This document shows positions 11,500-22,118 of a DNA stretch of 64,000 nucleotides, in pieces. The translations under genes and the position numbers were made by a program. The notes beneath the pieces are model-generated. The model had not been told where the DNA came from and searched no databases. It saw nothing but the letters and a program-made list of their open reading frames with translations. Origin of the DNA: Hemiscyllium ocellatum (lineage: Eukaryota). The stretch spans positions 58,494,320 to 58,558,319 of the forward strand of contig NC_083412.1 of NCBI RefSeq assembly GCF_020745735.1, given 5' to 3'. How positions within the stretch are numbered: position 1 is the stretch's first letter; every line of letters starts with the position of its first letter.

Positions 11500-11847
11500 G
11501 GGACGCGCTCGGCTCCGAAAGCCACGCGAATAAAAGGCAACTAGGGACGCGCTCGGCTCCGAAAGCCACGCGAATAAAAGGCAACTAGGGACGCGCTCGG
11601 CTCCGAAAGCCACGCGGACTAAACAGGCAACAAGGGACGCGCTCGGCTCCGAAAGCCACGCGGATTAAACAGGCAACAAGGGATGCGCTCGGCTCCGAAA
11701 GCCACGCGGATTAGACTGACAACAAGGGGCGCGCTCAGCTCCAAAAGCCACGCGAAATCAAACAACAGGGGCGCGCTCAGCTCCGAAAGCCACGCGAAAT
11801 CAAACAACAGGGGCGCGCTCAGCTCCGAAAGCCACGCGAAATCAAAC
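11500..11847 (-). repeat. Tandem array of 8 units (42-47 bp, last partial) in the proviral leader
   Basis: Core GGG(A/C/T)CGCGCTC(G/A)GCTCCGAAAGCCACGCG starts at 11500, 11544, 11588, 11634, 11680, 11727, 11769 and 11811. Confidence 0.95.
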
Positions 11848-11873
11848 CGGTACTAGTTAAAAGGTTAGTGGTA

Positions 11874-12012
11874 GCTTACCAGTCAGGATTCTGCGATGCT
11901 GCTGCCAAACTGATCAGTTTTTTGGGTTGGTGAGGGTCAATGAGCAGACAAAGACTAACTAAGAAAAAAAATTATCTGCTGGAAGTCTTAGATTTAACAG
12001 GCGCTTCCTCAC
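11874..12012 (-). promoter_or_regulatory. Candidate major splice donors in the leader
   Basis: AAG|GTGAGG (GT at 12012-12011) and CTG|GTAAGC (GT at 11879-11878), both between the PBS and the repeat array. Confidence 0.5.
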
Positions 12013-12089
12013 CTTTTGAAAGTTTCGGCCGAAGGTTTGTCTGCCCCTTGATCCGCCAACGTAGCCAACTTGCTGTTGTCTCTTCCCTT

Positions 12090-12107
12090 CCCGCGTCAGG
12101 CTCACCA
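12090..12107 (-). promoter_or_regulatory. Primer-binding site, imperfect tRNA-Trp-like
   Basis: TGGTGAGCCTGACGCGGG begins 2 nt after the LTR-terminal CA; 13 of the first 16 positions complement the vertebrate tRNA-Trp 3' end as I recall it. Confidence 0.7.
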
Positions 12108-12109
12108 GA

Positions 12110-12917
12110 TGTTGGGACAGACCCTCGGGGGTCCCGTCGCCACGTGTCCTTGGAAGGAGAGACCACACCGGCTTCTTTCGTTTGGAGCGGAACACCGTTT
12201 ATTTACAGAATCAAAACTGGCAAACTATACAACGAATTCTACAGCATGCAATTCGTTGGAGAAGGCGTTCTGCTTTCCCCTTCGGACTTGGCTCAATTAT
12301 ACTTCGCGCTGCCAGGAGTTCCCGGTCAGTTCTCCCTCGTTCGTCCCCCTCATTGGTCAGTACACCTGAGAGCGAGGGGGTCTGTGCCTCTATTGGCCGC
12401 ATCGAGGTGCCTGTCCAGCTCCCGCTGTGCCGGACAATGGTACAGCCATCCTGGGGTCGGCAGTTCCGACCTTGCAATCAATAGTCCATTGTACAGAGTA
12501 TCGATCTCATTACTATGTGTCTGACAGGCTAGGCGCTTTCCGTAACAGAGTCAATGGTTTTCCGCAAGCGAATTAACAAGCATTATTATTCATCATGGGT
12601 TTCGATGGGAATCCGTTCTAGCAGGTACATTAACAGATGCTTTAACAATCATGTACTCCGATAGCGCAATTCACACCGTTCGACAGTTACCGGTTCCTTT
12701 ATTAGTCATGAGTTCTCAATGGGACAGTCTGATACTGGCTGACATGATCTAATCAGCGAGGAATGTTGCTTCAGACAGGTAGCCCTGCAGTTGCTAGGTT
12801 CTCCCCCATGGCTGTGATTAACTGTTTGGGGACTGGAACTGGTAATGTCTGCTGTAGCAATAGTGCTACCCTCCCTAGCCCCACTCTAGGCCCTCTGATG
12901 ATGTATTCTCCCCAACA
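12110..12917 (-). repeat. 5' LTR (808 bp)
   Basis: Direct repeat of 5227-6034; followed on the minus strand by the PBS. Confidence 0.97.
12296..12396 (-). promoter_or_regulatory. U3 promoter: two CCAAT boxes and a TATAAT box
   Basis: attgg at 12392-12396 and 12352-12356 and attata at 12296-12301 on the + strand, in the expected order and spacing. Confidence 0.7.
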
Positions 12918-13094
12918 GTTCCCAACAAGCATAGCTTCCTGCTGCTGACCAACGGTGTGTGGTTACTGGTGGAAAAAGTGACAGTGGATAGAGAGTGGGG
13001 ACCAGCTCAGGATAGAATGCTTTAATAGATTGTCTCTTTACCTGAGCACAGTTATTCTTAAATATAAAAATGAAAGATCAATTGAAAGGTCAAA

Positions 13095-13164
13095 AAATAG
13101 AAATAGAAATAGATAAAGAGATAGAAAGATAAAGATAGAGAAAGGTAAGGATATAGAAAGATAG
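13095..13164. repeat. Degenerate GATA/GAAATA purine-rich simple repeat
   Basis: atagaaatagaaatagataaagagatagaaagataaagatag... Confidence 0.7.
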
Positions 13165-14189
13165 TAATGAGTAATTCAGCTGCTATTCCATTGCCTCTGT
13201 GGGAAAAGAATAGACTCATACTTTCCTTGCTTTGCATTCTGCAACAATTCATGTGTGAATTTTGTCATCTTCTGTAAAACATTAACAAGAAGTGCTTCCA
13301 CAAAGATGCCGAGTTTCATTGCAAAGTATTAAAAAATTTGCAAATATTGCAAAGATTATCTGGAAGAATTCTAAACATGAAACAAAACAAAGTTCTGATA
13401 AGAATTTCCCGGAATGTGTCAAACCTCTACTTTTAACCTTGACTACCAACTCCACTGAATGGTTGGGACAGTGTCAGTCATTAATTTGTCTTAACCAAAG
13501 ACCCTGCCTCAGTTTGCTTCACTGATTGATTACGCTGCCACAATTTCAGGGCAGAATCTTGTGCCCTTTCCTGTGTGGTGTTCAGTGGCAGATGGTTTTG
13601 ACTGGGACAGAAAACAGTTTCACAGTTTGTCACTATGACCTCCTGAGCACCATTGAACTTTCTAAATTTCATACCTTATGTATCACAATTCATCTTCACT
13701 TCGCCTTGCTTTTCCTTTAGTTTGCTGTTGATATCAGGTTTGCGGAGAGAAACGAAAGTTAAAGAAACAGCAAAACTTGAAGTGAATATATTGGTCATAC
13801 TGGGGCTGAATTTTGAGCATTACAAGGCAAACTTGTCCTATTATCATGATTGAACACAAACTTGTAACTTGAGCACATGTTGTGGACTATTGTGTGACTC
13901 TGTAAGAGAATAGAAAATTGTCTAGCCATGTGTCAAAACAGAAGATGAAACGGACTGCCTGGCTTGACACTTCGAATGTCACCTTGCTTCACAATCTCTA
14001 CATATCTTTCTACAACCTGTTTCAATGCTGGCTGATCCGGTGGTGTTAACCATATGTCTGAGTCAACTGGAAAAACCTCAGCAATTGTGTCTTTTGTGAT
14101 ATTGGCCACTTGCCACAGCTAACGATCAAAACAAGATACTTGTTTCCTTGCATTGTGATTCTTGTGTTTCACTGGAACTCTCATAACTT

Positions 14190-17100
14190 CATAGAATATA
14201 GAACATAGAACATAACAGCGCAGTACAGGCCCTTCAATACTTGATGTTGTGCCGCCCTGTCATACTAATCTGAAGTCCATCCCACCTACACTATTCCATG
14301 TACGTCCATATGCCTGTCCAATGACGACTTAAATGCGCTTAAACTTGGCAAATCACTACCGTTGCAGGCAAAGCATTCCATACCCTTACTTATCTGAGTA
14401 AAAAAACTACCTCTGACATCTGTCTTATACCTATCTCCCCTCACTTTAAAGTTGTGCCTCCTCGTGTTTGCCGCCCCCATACTTGGAAAAGGCTCTCCTT
14501 GTCCACCCTCTCTAACCCTCTGATTATCTTGCATGCCCTCTATTAAGTCACCTCTCAACCTTCTTCTCTCTAATGAGAACAGCCTCAAGGCCCTCAGCCT
14601 TTTTTTGTAAGACATTCCTTCATACCAGGCAACATCCTAGTAAATCTCCTCTGCACCCTTTCCAAAGCTTCCATATCCTTCTTATCATGCGGTGACCAGA
14701 ACTGTACACAAAACTCCAAGAGCGGCCACACCAGAGCTTTGTATAGCTGCAGCATAACCTCCTGGTTCCGGAACTCAATCCCTCTATTAATAAAGGCCAA
14801 AACACTGTACGCCTTCTTAACAACCCTGTCAACCTGAGTGGCAACTTTCAGGGATCTGTTTACATGGACACCGAGATCTGTCTGCTCATCTGCCCTCCCA
14901 AGAATCTTACCATTAGCCCAGTACTTTGCATTCCGATTACTCCGGTCAAAGTGTATCACCTCACACTTGTCCACATTAAACTCCATTTGCCACCTCTTAG
15001 CCCAGCTCTGCATCCTACCTATGTTTCTCTGCAACCTACTACATCCTTGGTCACTATCCACAACTCCACCGATCTTAGTGTCATCCGCAAATTTACTAAC
15101 CCACCCTTCTAAGCCCTCATCCAGGTCATTTATAAAAATAACGAACAGCAGTGGATCCAACACCAACCCTTGCAGTACACCGCTAGTGACTGGACACCAA
15201 GATGAACATGTTCCATCAACTACAGCCCTCTGTTTTCTTTCAGCAAGCCAATTACTGATCCAAACTGCTATGTCTCCCACAATCCCATTCCTCCGCATTT
15301 TGTATAATAGCCTACTGTGGAGAACCTTATTGAATGCTTTGCTGAAATCCATATACACCACATCAACCGGTTTACTCTCAGTTACCCGTTTGGTCACTTT
15401 TTCAAAAAAGTCAATAAGCTTCGTTAGGCACGACCTACCCTTCACAAAACCGTGCTGACTGACCCTGATCAGATTATTCTTTTCTAGATGGTTATAAATC
15501 CTATCTCTTATAACCTTTTCCAACAACTGAAATGAGACTGACTGGTCTGTAATTACCAGGGTTGCCTCTACTACCCTTTTTGAACAAGGGAACCACATTT
15601 GCTATCCTCCAGTCCTCAGGCACAATTCCTGTAGACAATGATGATTTAAAGATCAATGCCAAAGGCTCGGCAATCTCTTCCCTTGCTTCCGAGGATCCTA
15701 GGATAGATCCCATCCGGCCCAGGGGACTTGTCTATTTTCACATTCTGCAGTATTTCTAATACCTCTTCCTTGTGAACCTCAATCTCTTCTAGTCTAGATG
15801 CAAGTATCTCTGATCTTCCTCGCCAACATTTTCATTTTCTATAGTGAACACTGTCGAAAAATATTTATTTAGTGCTTCCCCTATCTCCTCTGACTCCACA
15901 CGCAACTTCTCACTATTATCCTTCACTGGCCCTAATTTGACTCTCATCATTCTTTTATTCCTGACAAACCTATGGAAAGCCTTAGGTTTAACCCTGATCC
16001 TATCTACCAACAACCTCTCATGTCTCCTCCTGGCTCTTTGAGCTCTCTTTTTAGATCTTTCCTGACTTCCTTGTAACCCTCAAGCGCCCTAACTGATTTT
16101 TGCACATTTTGTCCTAACATAAGCCTTCTTCTTCTTCTTGACCAGGGATTCCACTTCCTTAGTAAACTACAGCTCATATGTTCTATATCGTCCTCTCTGC
16201 CTGACAGGTACATACTTACCTAGGACACACAGGAGCTTTTCCTTGAATAAGCTCCACATTTTTAATTCGCTCATCCCCTGCAGTTTCCTTCCCCATTCTA
16301 CACTTCCTAAATCTTTCCTAATTGCATTGTAATTTCCCTTCCCCCAGCTGTAACTCTTGCTTGATGGAGTACATCTATCCCTTTCCATCACTAAAGTAAA
16401 CCTGACAGAATTGTGATCGCTGTCTCCAGAGTGCTCACCTACTTCCAAATCTAACATCTGGCCAGGCTCATTACCCAGTACTAAATCTAAAGTGGCTTCG
16501 CCCCTTGTAGGCCTGTCTATATACTGTGTCAGGAAGCCCTCCTGCACATACTGGACAAAAGCTGACCCATCTATAGTACTTATACTGTAGTGATCCAGTC
16601 AATATTTGGATAGTTGAAGTCCCCCATGACAACTACCCTGCCTCTCTCACTCCTATCGAGACTCATCTTTGCTATCCTTTCCTCTACATCTCTGGGACTA
16701 TTCGGAGGCCTATAGAAAACTTCCAGCATGGTGACTTCTCCTTTCCTGTTTCTAACTTCAGCCCATACTACCTTAGTTAATGAGTCCCCAAACATCCTTT
16801 CTACAACAGTAATATTGTTCCTGATCAACAATGCCACACCTCCCCCTCTTTTACCATCTTCTCTGTTCTTACTGAAACATCTGAATCCTGGAACTTACAA
16901 CAGCCATTCCTGTCCCTGCTCTATCCATGTCTCCGTAATGGCCACAACATCGAAGTCCCAGTACCAACCCACGCTGCCAGTTCACCCACTTTATTTCGGA
17001 TGCTCCTCGCGTTGAAGTACACACACTTCAATCCAAGTTCTCACTTGCCAGTGCCAGATACTTGATTTTGGAACTCCCTACTCTCATCCTTTTCTGTACC

Positions 17101-17218
17101 TGTCCTACAATTTTGGTTCCCATCCCTCTGCTGTATTAGTTTAAATCCACCTTAATTGCTTTAGCGAATTCCCACCCAGGATATTGGTACCCCTCTGGTT
17201 TAGATGAAGACCATCCTA
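14190..17218 (-). mobile_element. CR1-clade (HER1-like) LINE: end of ORF1, degenerate ORF2 (APE endonuclease + RT) and 3' tail
   Basis: VVVMGDFNYPNID, LDLVLGNEPG and SDHNSV (APE); QHGFVKGRSC, YMDFSKAF, GVLQGLVL and KFADDTK (RT); (CATAGAA)n-type tail at 14190-14215. Confidence 0.95.
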
Positions 17219-17596
17219 TCTTTGGATACCAGAAGTAGTCTCTTACTAAGGGTTTTGACCCATTTGAACCACTGACAATACAGTACCATTCCTCTCCATG
17301 CCACACTTCATTCACATTGCATAGCAAGTGGCAGAAAACTCCAATCAACCTCCATATTGCTGCCAGAGGCAGTGCTGCACAATTGATTTTGGTGTCAGTC
17401 CTGATCTCAGCACTGAATAGAATTCTTATGTAACATGTTTCATACATACACTTTGTTACATGTGTCCAAACACTGTTCATGTGCTTAACATTGCTCATTG
17501 CCAATACACATTCAACGTGAGATATTTATCCATGCATGTTGTCATAACATATCCTAATCTGACCCACATTTGACCGCATATGATTAGAGCAGAGAA

Positions 17597-17964
17597 GATC
17601 TGATCAAGATGTACAAGGTTCTAAGGGGCTTAGGCAGGGTACATATGGAGAAATGTTTCCCCTCAGTAGAAGGGTCAGTAACCAGGCAACACAGATTTAA
17701 GATATGGAGCAGGAGGTTTTGGGGAATTCGAGAAAAAAAATCACCCAGTAATTTGTGGGTCTATGGACCTCACTGCCTGAAAGGGTGGTGGAGGCAGGAA
17801 TCCTCAAGACTGTTTAAAACTATTTAGATTCACACTTGTAATGCCACACCATACCAAGCTATAGGCCAAGCACTGAAAAATATGATTAGAATAGGTGGAT
17901 ATTTGATGACTAGCATGAACACAATGGGCTTCGTGCTGTGCAGTAAAAACTCCATGACTCTATG
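17597..17964 (+). mobile_element. CR1-clade LINE 3' fragment
   Basis: DLIKMYKVLRGLGRV...HRFKI C-terminal motif followed by a 3' UTR ending ctccatgactctatg. Confidence 0.7.
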
Positions 17965-18584
17965 GCATATCCTCGTCTAACTCACCTACATGCCCTTGTC
18001 CGACCCTCCGTTATGATTGAACATGTCCTGGCTTGTCTCGGTGTAACCTACACGCAGGTCAAACATACTGAAGCTGTGCTGCTGTTTAGGTTCCTTGTAA
18101 CTGATGATAATGCTGCAATTGACAAAATAAGGTTAAAATCAATCAAGACCAGGTTATAGTCCAACAGTTTATTTGAAAGTATCAGCTTTTGGAGCACTGC
18201 TCCTTTGTCAGCTAGCTAGTGGAGCAAGATCGAAGTGTCATATAACTGGTGCGATGTTTTAGACAAACCTAAATTGTTAAGTCTTTAATCATTTAGAATG
18301 GGGATGCAGATTTCAACTGATCAATATGTAAATCCCAGAATATCTTTCAAGTCACAACCTTGAGTTAACTTAAGGTTTTATCAGTAATGAAACAAAGTGA
18401 CATTGCAGCTCAGACAATGCATCATAATTGTTAAGTCATGGTCTGTCTGTATCCTAACCTTGAGTCAAACTGGTTCTACTTCCAAAGTAGGAATTTATAA
18501 AATGTCACATGGGCTGCCTACAGATTGTGTGCTTTTTGAACAAAATAGAATGTATCTGCACATTCAAATTCACCCCATAGACAT

Positions 18585-18900
18585 GTGTGTATGTGTGTGT
18601 ATTTGTGTGTGAGGGAGAGAGAAAGCACATGTGTATATGATTGACAGAGAGTGTGTGTGTGTGTGTGTGTGTGTGTATTTGTGTGTGAGGGAGAGAGAAA
18701 GCGCATGTGTATATGATTGACAGAGTGTGTGTGTGTGTGTGTGTCTATTTGTGTGTGAGGGAGAGAGAAAGTGCATGTGTATATGGTTGACAGAGTGTGT
18801 GTGTGTGTGTGTGTGGGAGAGAGGGACAGAGTGTGTGAAAGTGTGTGCATGCATGCTTGATAGTCTGCATGAGTGTATATGCCTGTGAGAGGGTGTGTGA
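18585..18900. repeat. Compound (TG)n/(GA)n minisatellite, ~60-bp unit x3-4
   Basis: Repeating gtgtgt..atttgtgtgtgagggagagagaaag..catgtgtatatg.ttgacagag. Confidence 0.9.
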
Positions 18901-18914
18901 TTGGGTGCACTAGC

Positions 18915-18948
18915 CACCTGATGAAGGAGCAGCACTCCGAAAGCTTGT
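18915..18948 (+). ncRNA. Minimal hammerhead ribozyme motif, variant B
   Basis: CTGATGA(18918-24)-A-GGAG cagca CTCC-GAAA-GC-TT; palindromic AGCT at stem III; stem I only 2 bp in this copy. Confidence 0.55.
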
Positions 18949-20030
18949 ACTTTCAAATAAATCTGTTGGACTATAAACTGGTGTTGTGGCATTTCTTAAC
19001 TTTCTCCACTTTAGTCCAACTCTGGCACCTATACATCATGACAAAATAAGAGAAGTGATCTAATGCCCCCTACTGTAGAGGCCTTTTATTACAGCACAGT
19101 TTCCAGTTAGTATTCTGGTATCTTTAACATTATAAAAGGTTGAAGTTTTTTTTATATAAGATGTGCAAAAAACAGATACTGAGCAGAGATTGGAAAACCA
19201 TTTCTGGAAAGTCACTGAAGTGTTGGAGGAAGATTTTGAGGAGGTGGGAACAAATATAGAAAATATATTCAGATACATAATGGGTAGAAGACTGTGTAAT
19301 GGAACATGGCAACATTAAGCAAAGCAGGCAAACAATAATAGTATAACTGAAATACAGAACCAGGGGAATTTGCCAAGGCAGGAAGTTCATGATGGGATTT
19401 ATAAATCAAATGATCATTTTTTAAAATCAATGCAGTATGACAACAGGGAGCCACTGCTGGGTTGTTAAAAGTAGCAAGTAGCAACTGAGAGAGTTTTAAA
19501 ATTGTGAGTTTAAACATAATGAGTTTTGTATAGGGTGCAGCACAAATATAGGCTCAGGAGAAGGAACGTTTGGAGCAACTGAACCTGGAAATGACAAAGG
19601 CTGAATCAGGATTCCAGCAGAAAATGGGATGAGGTAGGAATGAATACAAATGGTATTTTGAAGATGTAAATACATTGTCTTGGAGCAGAATACAGGCACT
19701 TGAGAAACCCAAAACAGACTGCACCTGAAACCTTAACATGCTAAAGCTGAGAAAGGAGGTGATGTGAGAAAGCTCTTACAGAGACAATTTTAAAAAGGAT
19801 TCAAGAAGCTATAACCCAGTTAAATTAAACGTCTTTGGTGTGTATCAAGTCAAGATCAAACTAATGGTTATGGATTGCCTTTGAAATGTCTCAGCTGTTG
19901 TATTGAGCTCTCATTTATCAACAATTGGCAGCTTCTAGTTGGCAACCAGCAATCCTCATTTTTACTGTTTTTAAATAAACATTAAACAGGTTAGACAGTT
20001 CCTGATGTGGCACTGTAACAAGAAACAAAA

Positions 20031-20550
20031 ATTCAACAAAACCAGCTGTGGTAAGAGCTCAGCAGGTCTGGCAGCATTTGTGGAGAGAAATTATATTAAT
20101 GTTTCGGGTCTAGCGATCCTTCCTAGTTCTGAACTTTTCCAGCTATTTCTATTTTTATTTCTGATTTCCAGCATCCACAGTTCTTTCAGTTTTTAAAAAC
20201 AAAAATGAAAGTTCATGGAAATCAACCTTTCTAGTCTTTTAAATGAATAATAACAGGTTAGATAGCCCCTAACAGGATACTGAACCAACAATGTTTCTAT
20301 ATCAGAGACTAATATGCTACACACTGAAACAGACATTAATTTACTTTCCTAGATATGTTAGAATGCACCTCTGGAGCAGGTGAAATGTGAACCCAGGCCT
20401 CCAGGCTCTGAAGTAGAACACCAGCTTGTGACACAACAGTCATGATCTTCCTTGCTATGATGAAACCAAGGGCTTATCAAATCATGGGCTAAGTAGAAGG
20501 TATTGTATGGCCAGGATAATGGCATGCACCACAACTAGACTTACTGCACT
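20031..20550 (+). repeat. ~520-bp local duplication, copy 1 (copy 2 at 21591-22111)
   Basis: Colinear with copy 2 at roughly 85% identity by eye; begins with a variant-C Penelope mini-element. Confidence 0.9.
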
Positions 20551-20599
20551 GTTGAGACGAAAAAATAGTTTAATTGGAATGGTCAAAACAATTGACAAT

Positions 20600-21540
20600 C
20601 AATATGTAAGACCAGTTAGAAGCAGTTGATCTCAGTTGCCAAGCAGTTATGAGTTATTGATTGGAAATAGTGGACACTGCAGGTAAAGCCAGGGTTTTCT
20701 GGATTTATTCATTCCATTCTTCACTTTAGTGGAAACATGTTGGCTCTGCAGAAATGCTATTTCTTTTTGAATATCTCCCACTGCTCTGATGCAGATTTTC
20801 TTGACCTCGTCAAGAAAGCAGATCCCGTCCACTTTGGACAGTTCCTATCTTATCGTAAAATCATCCTTCCTTCCAATCATAAACTTCACTTCCAGTCCAG
20901 CTGTGTCCTTTTCCGGAACAACCTTGTATCTCTCTGTGTTATGGTCACTGTCACTGAAACATCTCCCCACTGACCCTTCTACCATGTGACTGATTTTGTT
21001 TCTAAAAATTAAGCACAGCCTGCCCCCCACCACTTGTAGAATTTTCCCTGCGTTGGCTTAAAACACACTCCTGGATATATTTTAAGAAACCTGCCCCTTG
21101 TAAGTCTTTTTCACTTTCTCTGTTCCAGTTAATGTTGGGCAAGTTGAAATCCCCTCAAATTTTTACCTTTATCCATAGTACATCTCGGGCAAAGTGATTG
21201 TCCCTTTTTTTATTTTTAATTCAAACTATATGATCTGATTTGACGAGTCTTCTAAGAGACCATCCTTCCCTCCTGCAGTAGTTGACTCTTGCATCAATAT
21301 TGTGACGCCATCTTCTCTTTCACAATCCTAACCCTAATCCCATACCCTGTCTCACCTGAAGACTGTACACCCCAGAATATTGAACTGTCAGTCCTGTCCC
21401 TTCCTCAACCATGTCTCTGAGGTAGTAAAGATATCCTATCTCCATATGTTAGTCAATGCCCTCAACTCATATATCTTACTTCCACGACTCCTTGCATGTA
21501 AATAAATGCCATCTACCTTGTGCTTTAACTTGACTATATT
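20600..21540 (-). mobile_element. Old LINE ORF2 fragment (endonuclease region, CR1/L2-like)
   Basis: Minus strand reads YLHARS...K..EL, ISETWLRKGQD and SDSDHNT; many stops. Confidence 0.7.
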
Positions 21541-21590
21541 CGCAGTCAAAAAGTGTGGTGCTGGAAAAGCACAGCTGGTCAGGCAGCATC

Positions 21591-22111
21591 CAAAACAAAA
21601 ATTTTTTAAAAAACAGCTATGGTTAAAGCTCAGCAAGTCTGGCAGAATCTGTGGAGAGACATCAGAGTTAATGTTTCGGGTCTAGCGACCCACCCTAGTC
21701 CTGAACTTTTTATTTCTGATTTCCAGCATCCACAGTTCTTTCAGTTTTTAAAAACAAAAATGAAAGTTCATGGAAATCCTCCTTTCTATTCTTTTAAATG
21801 TATAGTAACAGCTTAGATAACTCCTAACAAGGCACTGAACCCACAGTGTTCCTAAATCAGAAACTAATATGCTACCCACTGAACCAGACATTAATTTACT
21901 TTCCTAGATATGTTAGAATGCACCTCTGGAGCAAGTGAAATGTCAACCCAGGCCGCCTGGCTCTGAAGTAGAACACCAGCTTGTGACACAACAGTCACGA
22001 CCTTCCTTGCCATGCTGAGATCAAGGGCTTATCAAATCAAGGGCTAATGTAGTATGTACAAGGTATGGCATGGCCAGGATAATGACATGCACCAAAACTA
22101 GACTTTCTGCA
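21591..22111 (+). repeat. ~520-bp local duplication, copy 2, lying inside a Penelope terminal repeat
   Basis: Flanked by the two halves of a variant-A tail: ...gtcaggcagcatcc (to ~21590) and gcagccgaggagcagg (from ~22119). Confidence 0.85.
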
Positions 22112-22118
22112 CTACAAA

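Larger units (their letters stand above)
5227..12917 (-). mobile_element. Endogenous retrovirus, internally deleted provirus (class I, fish epsilon-like/ZFERV-like architecture)
   Basis: Two 808-bp LTRs with TGTTGGG...CCCAACA termini, GTTC TSD, PBS, PPT, and gag (CA, 2x CCHC), DTGA protease, 2H domain and RT N-terminus in retroviral order. Confidence 0.97.
18132..19038 (-). mobile_element. Non-autonomous Penelope-like element with an inverted terminal copy (hammerhead variant B)
   Basis: 12-bp TSD TGACAAAATAAG (18120-18131, 19039-19050); ~18132-18235 and ~18910-19005 are inverted copies carrying CTGA..GA-GGAG..CTCC-GAAAGC cores. Confidence 0.75.

Noticed and set aside
11276-11584. 102-aa ORF in frame with gag upstream of a TGA (glyco-Gag-like)
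   Set aside because: It starts at TTG within the tandem repeat, has no TM segment, and is separated from gag by a stop; probably leader sequence.
11500-11847. CRISPR-like repeat/spacer periodicity
   Set aside because: The linkers are related to each other rather than unique spacers, there are no cas genes, and the context is a eukaryotic proviral leader.
18518-18992. His/Thr-rich ORFs (also 29468-29767 and 32351-32536)
   Set aside because: Translations of (CA)n/(TG)n repeats.
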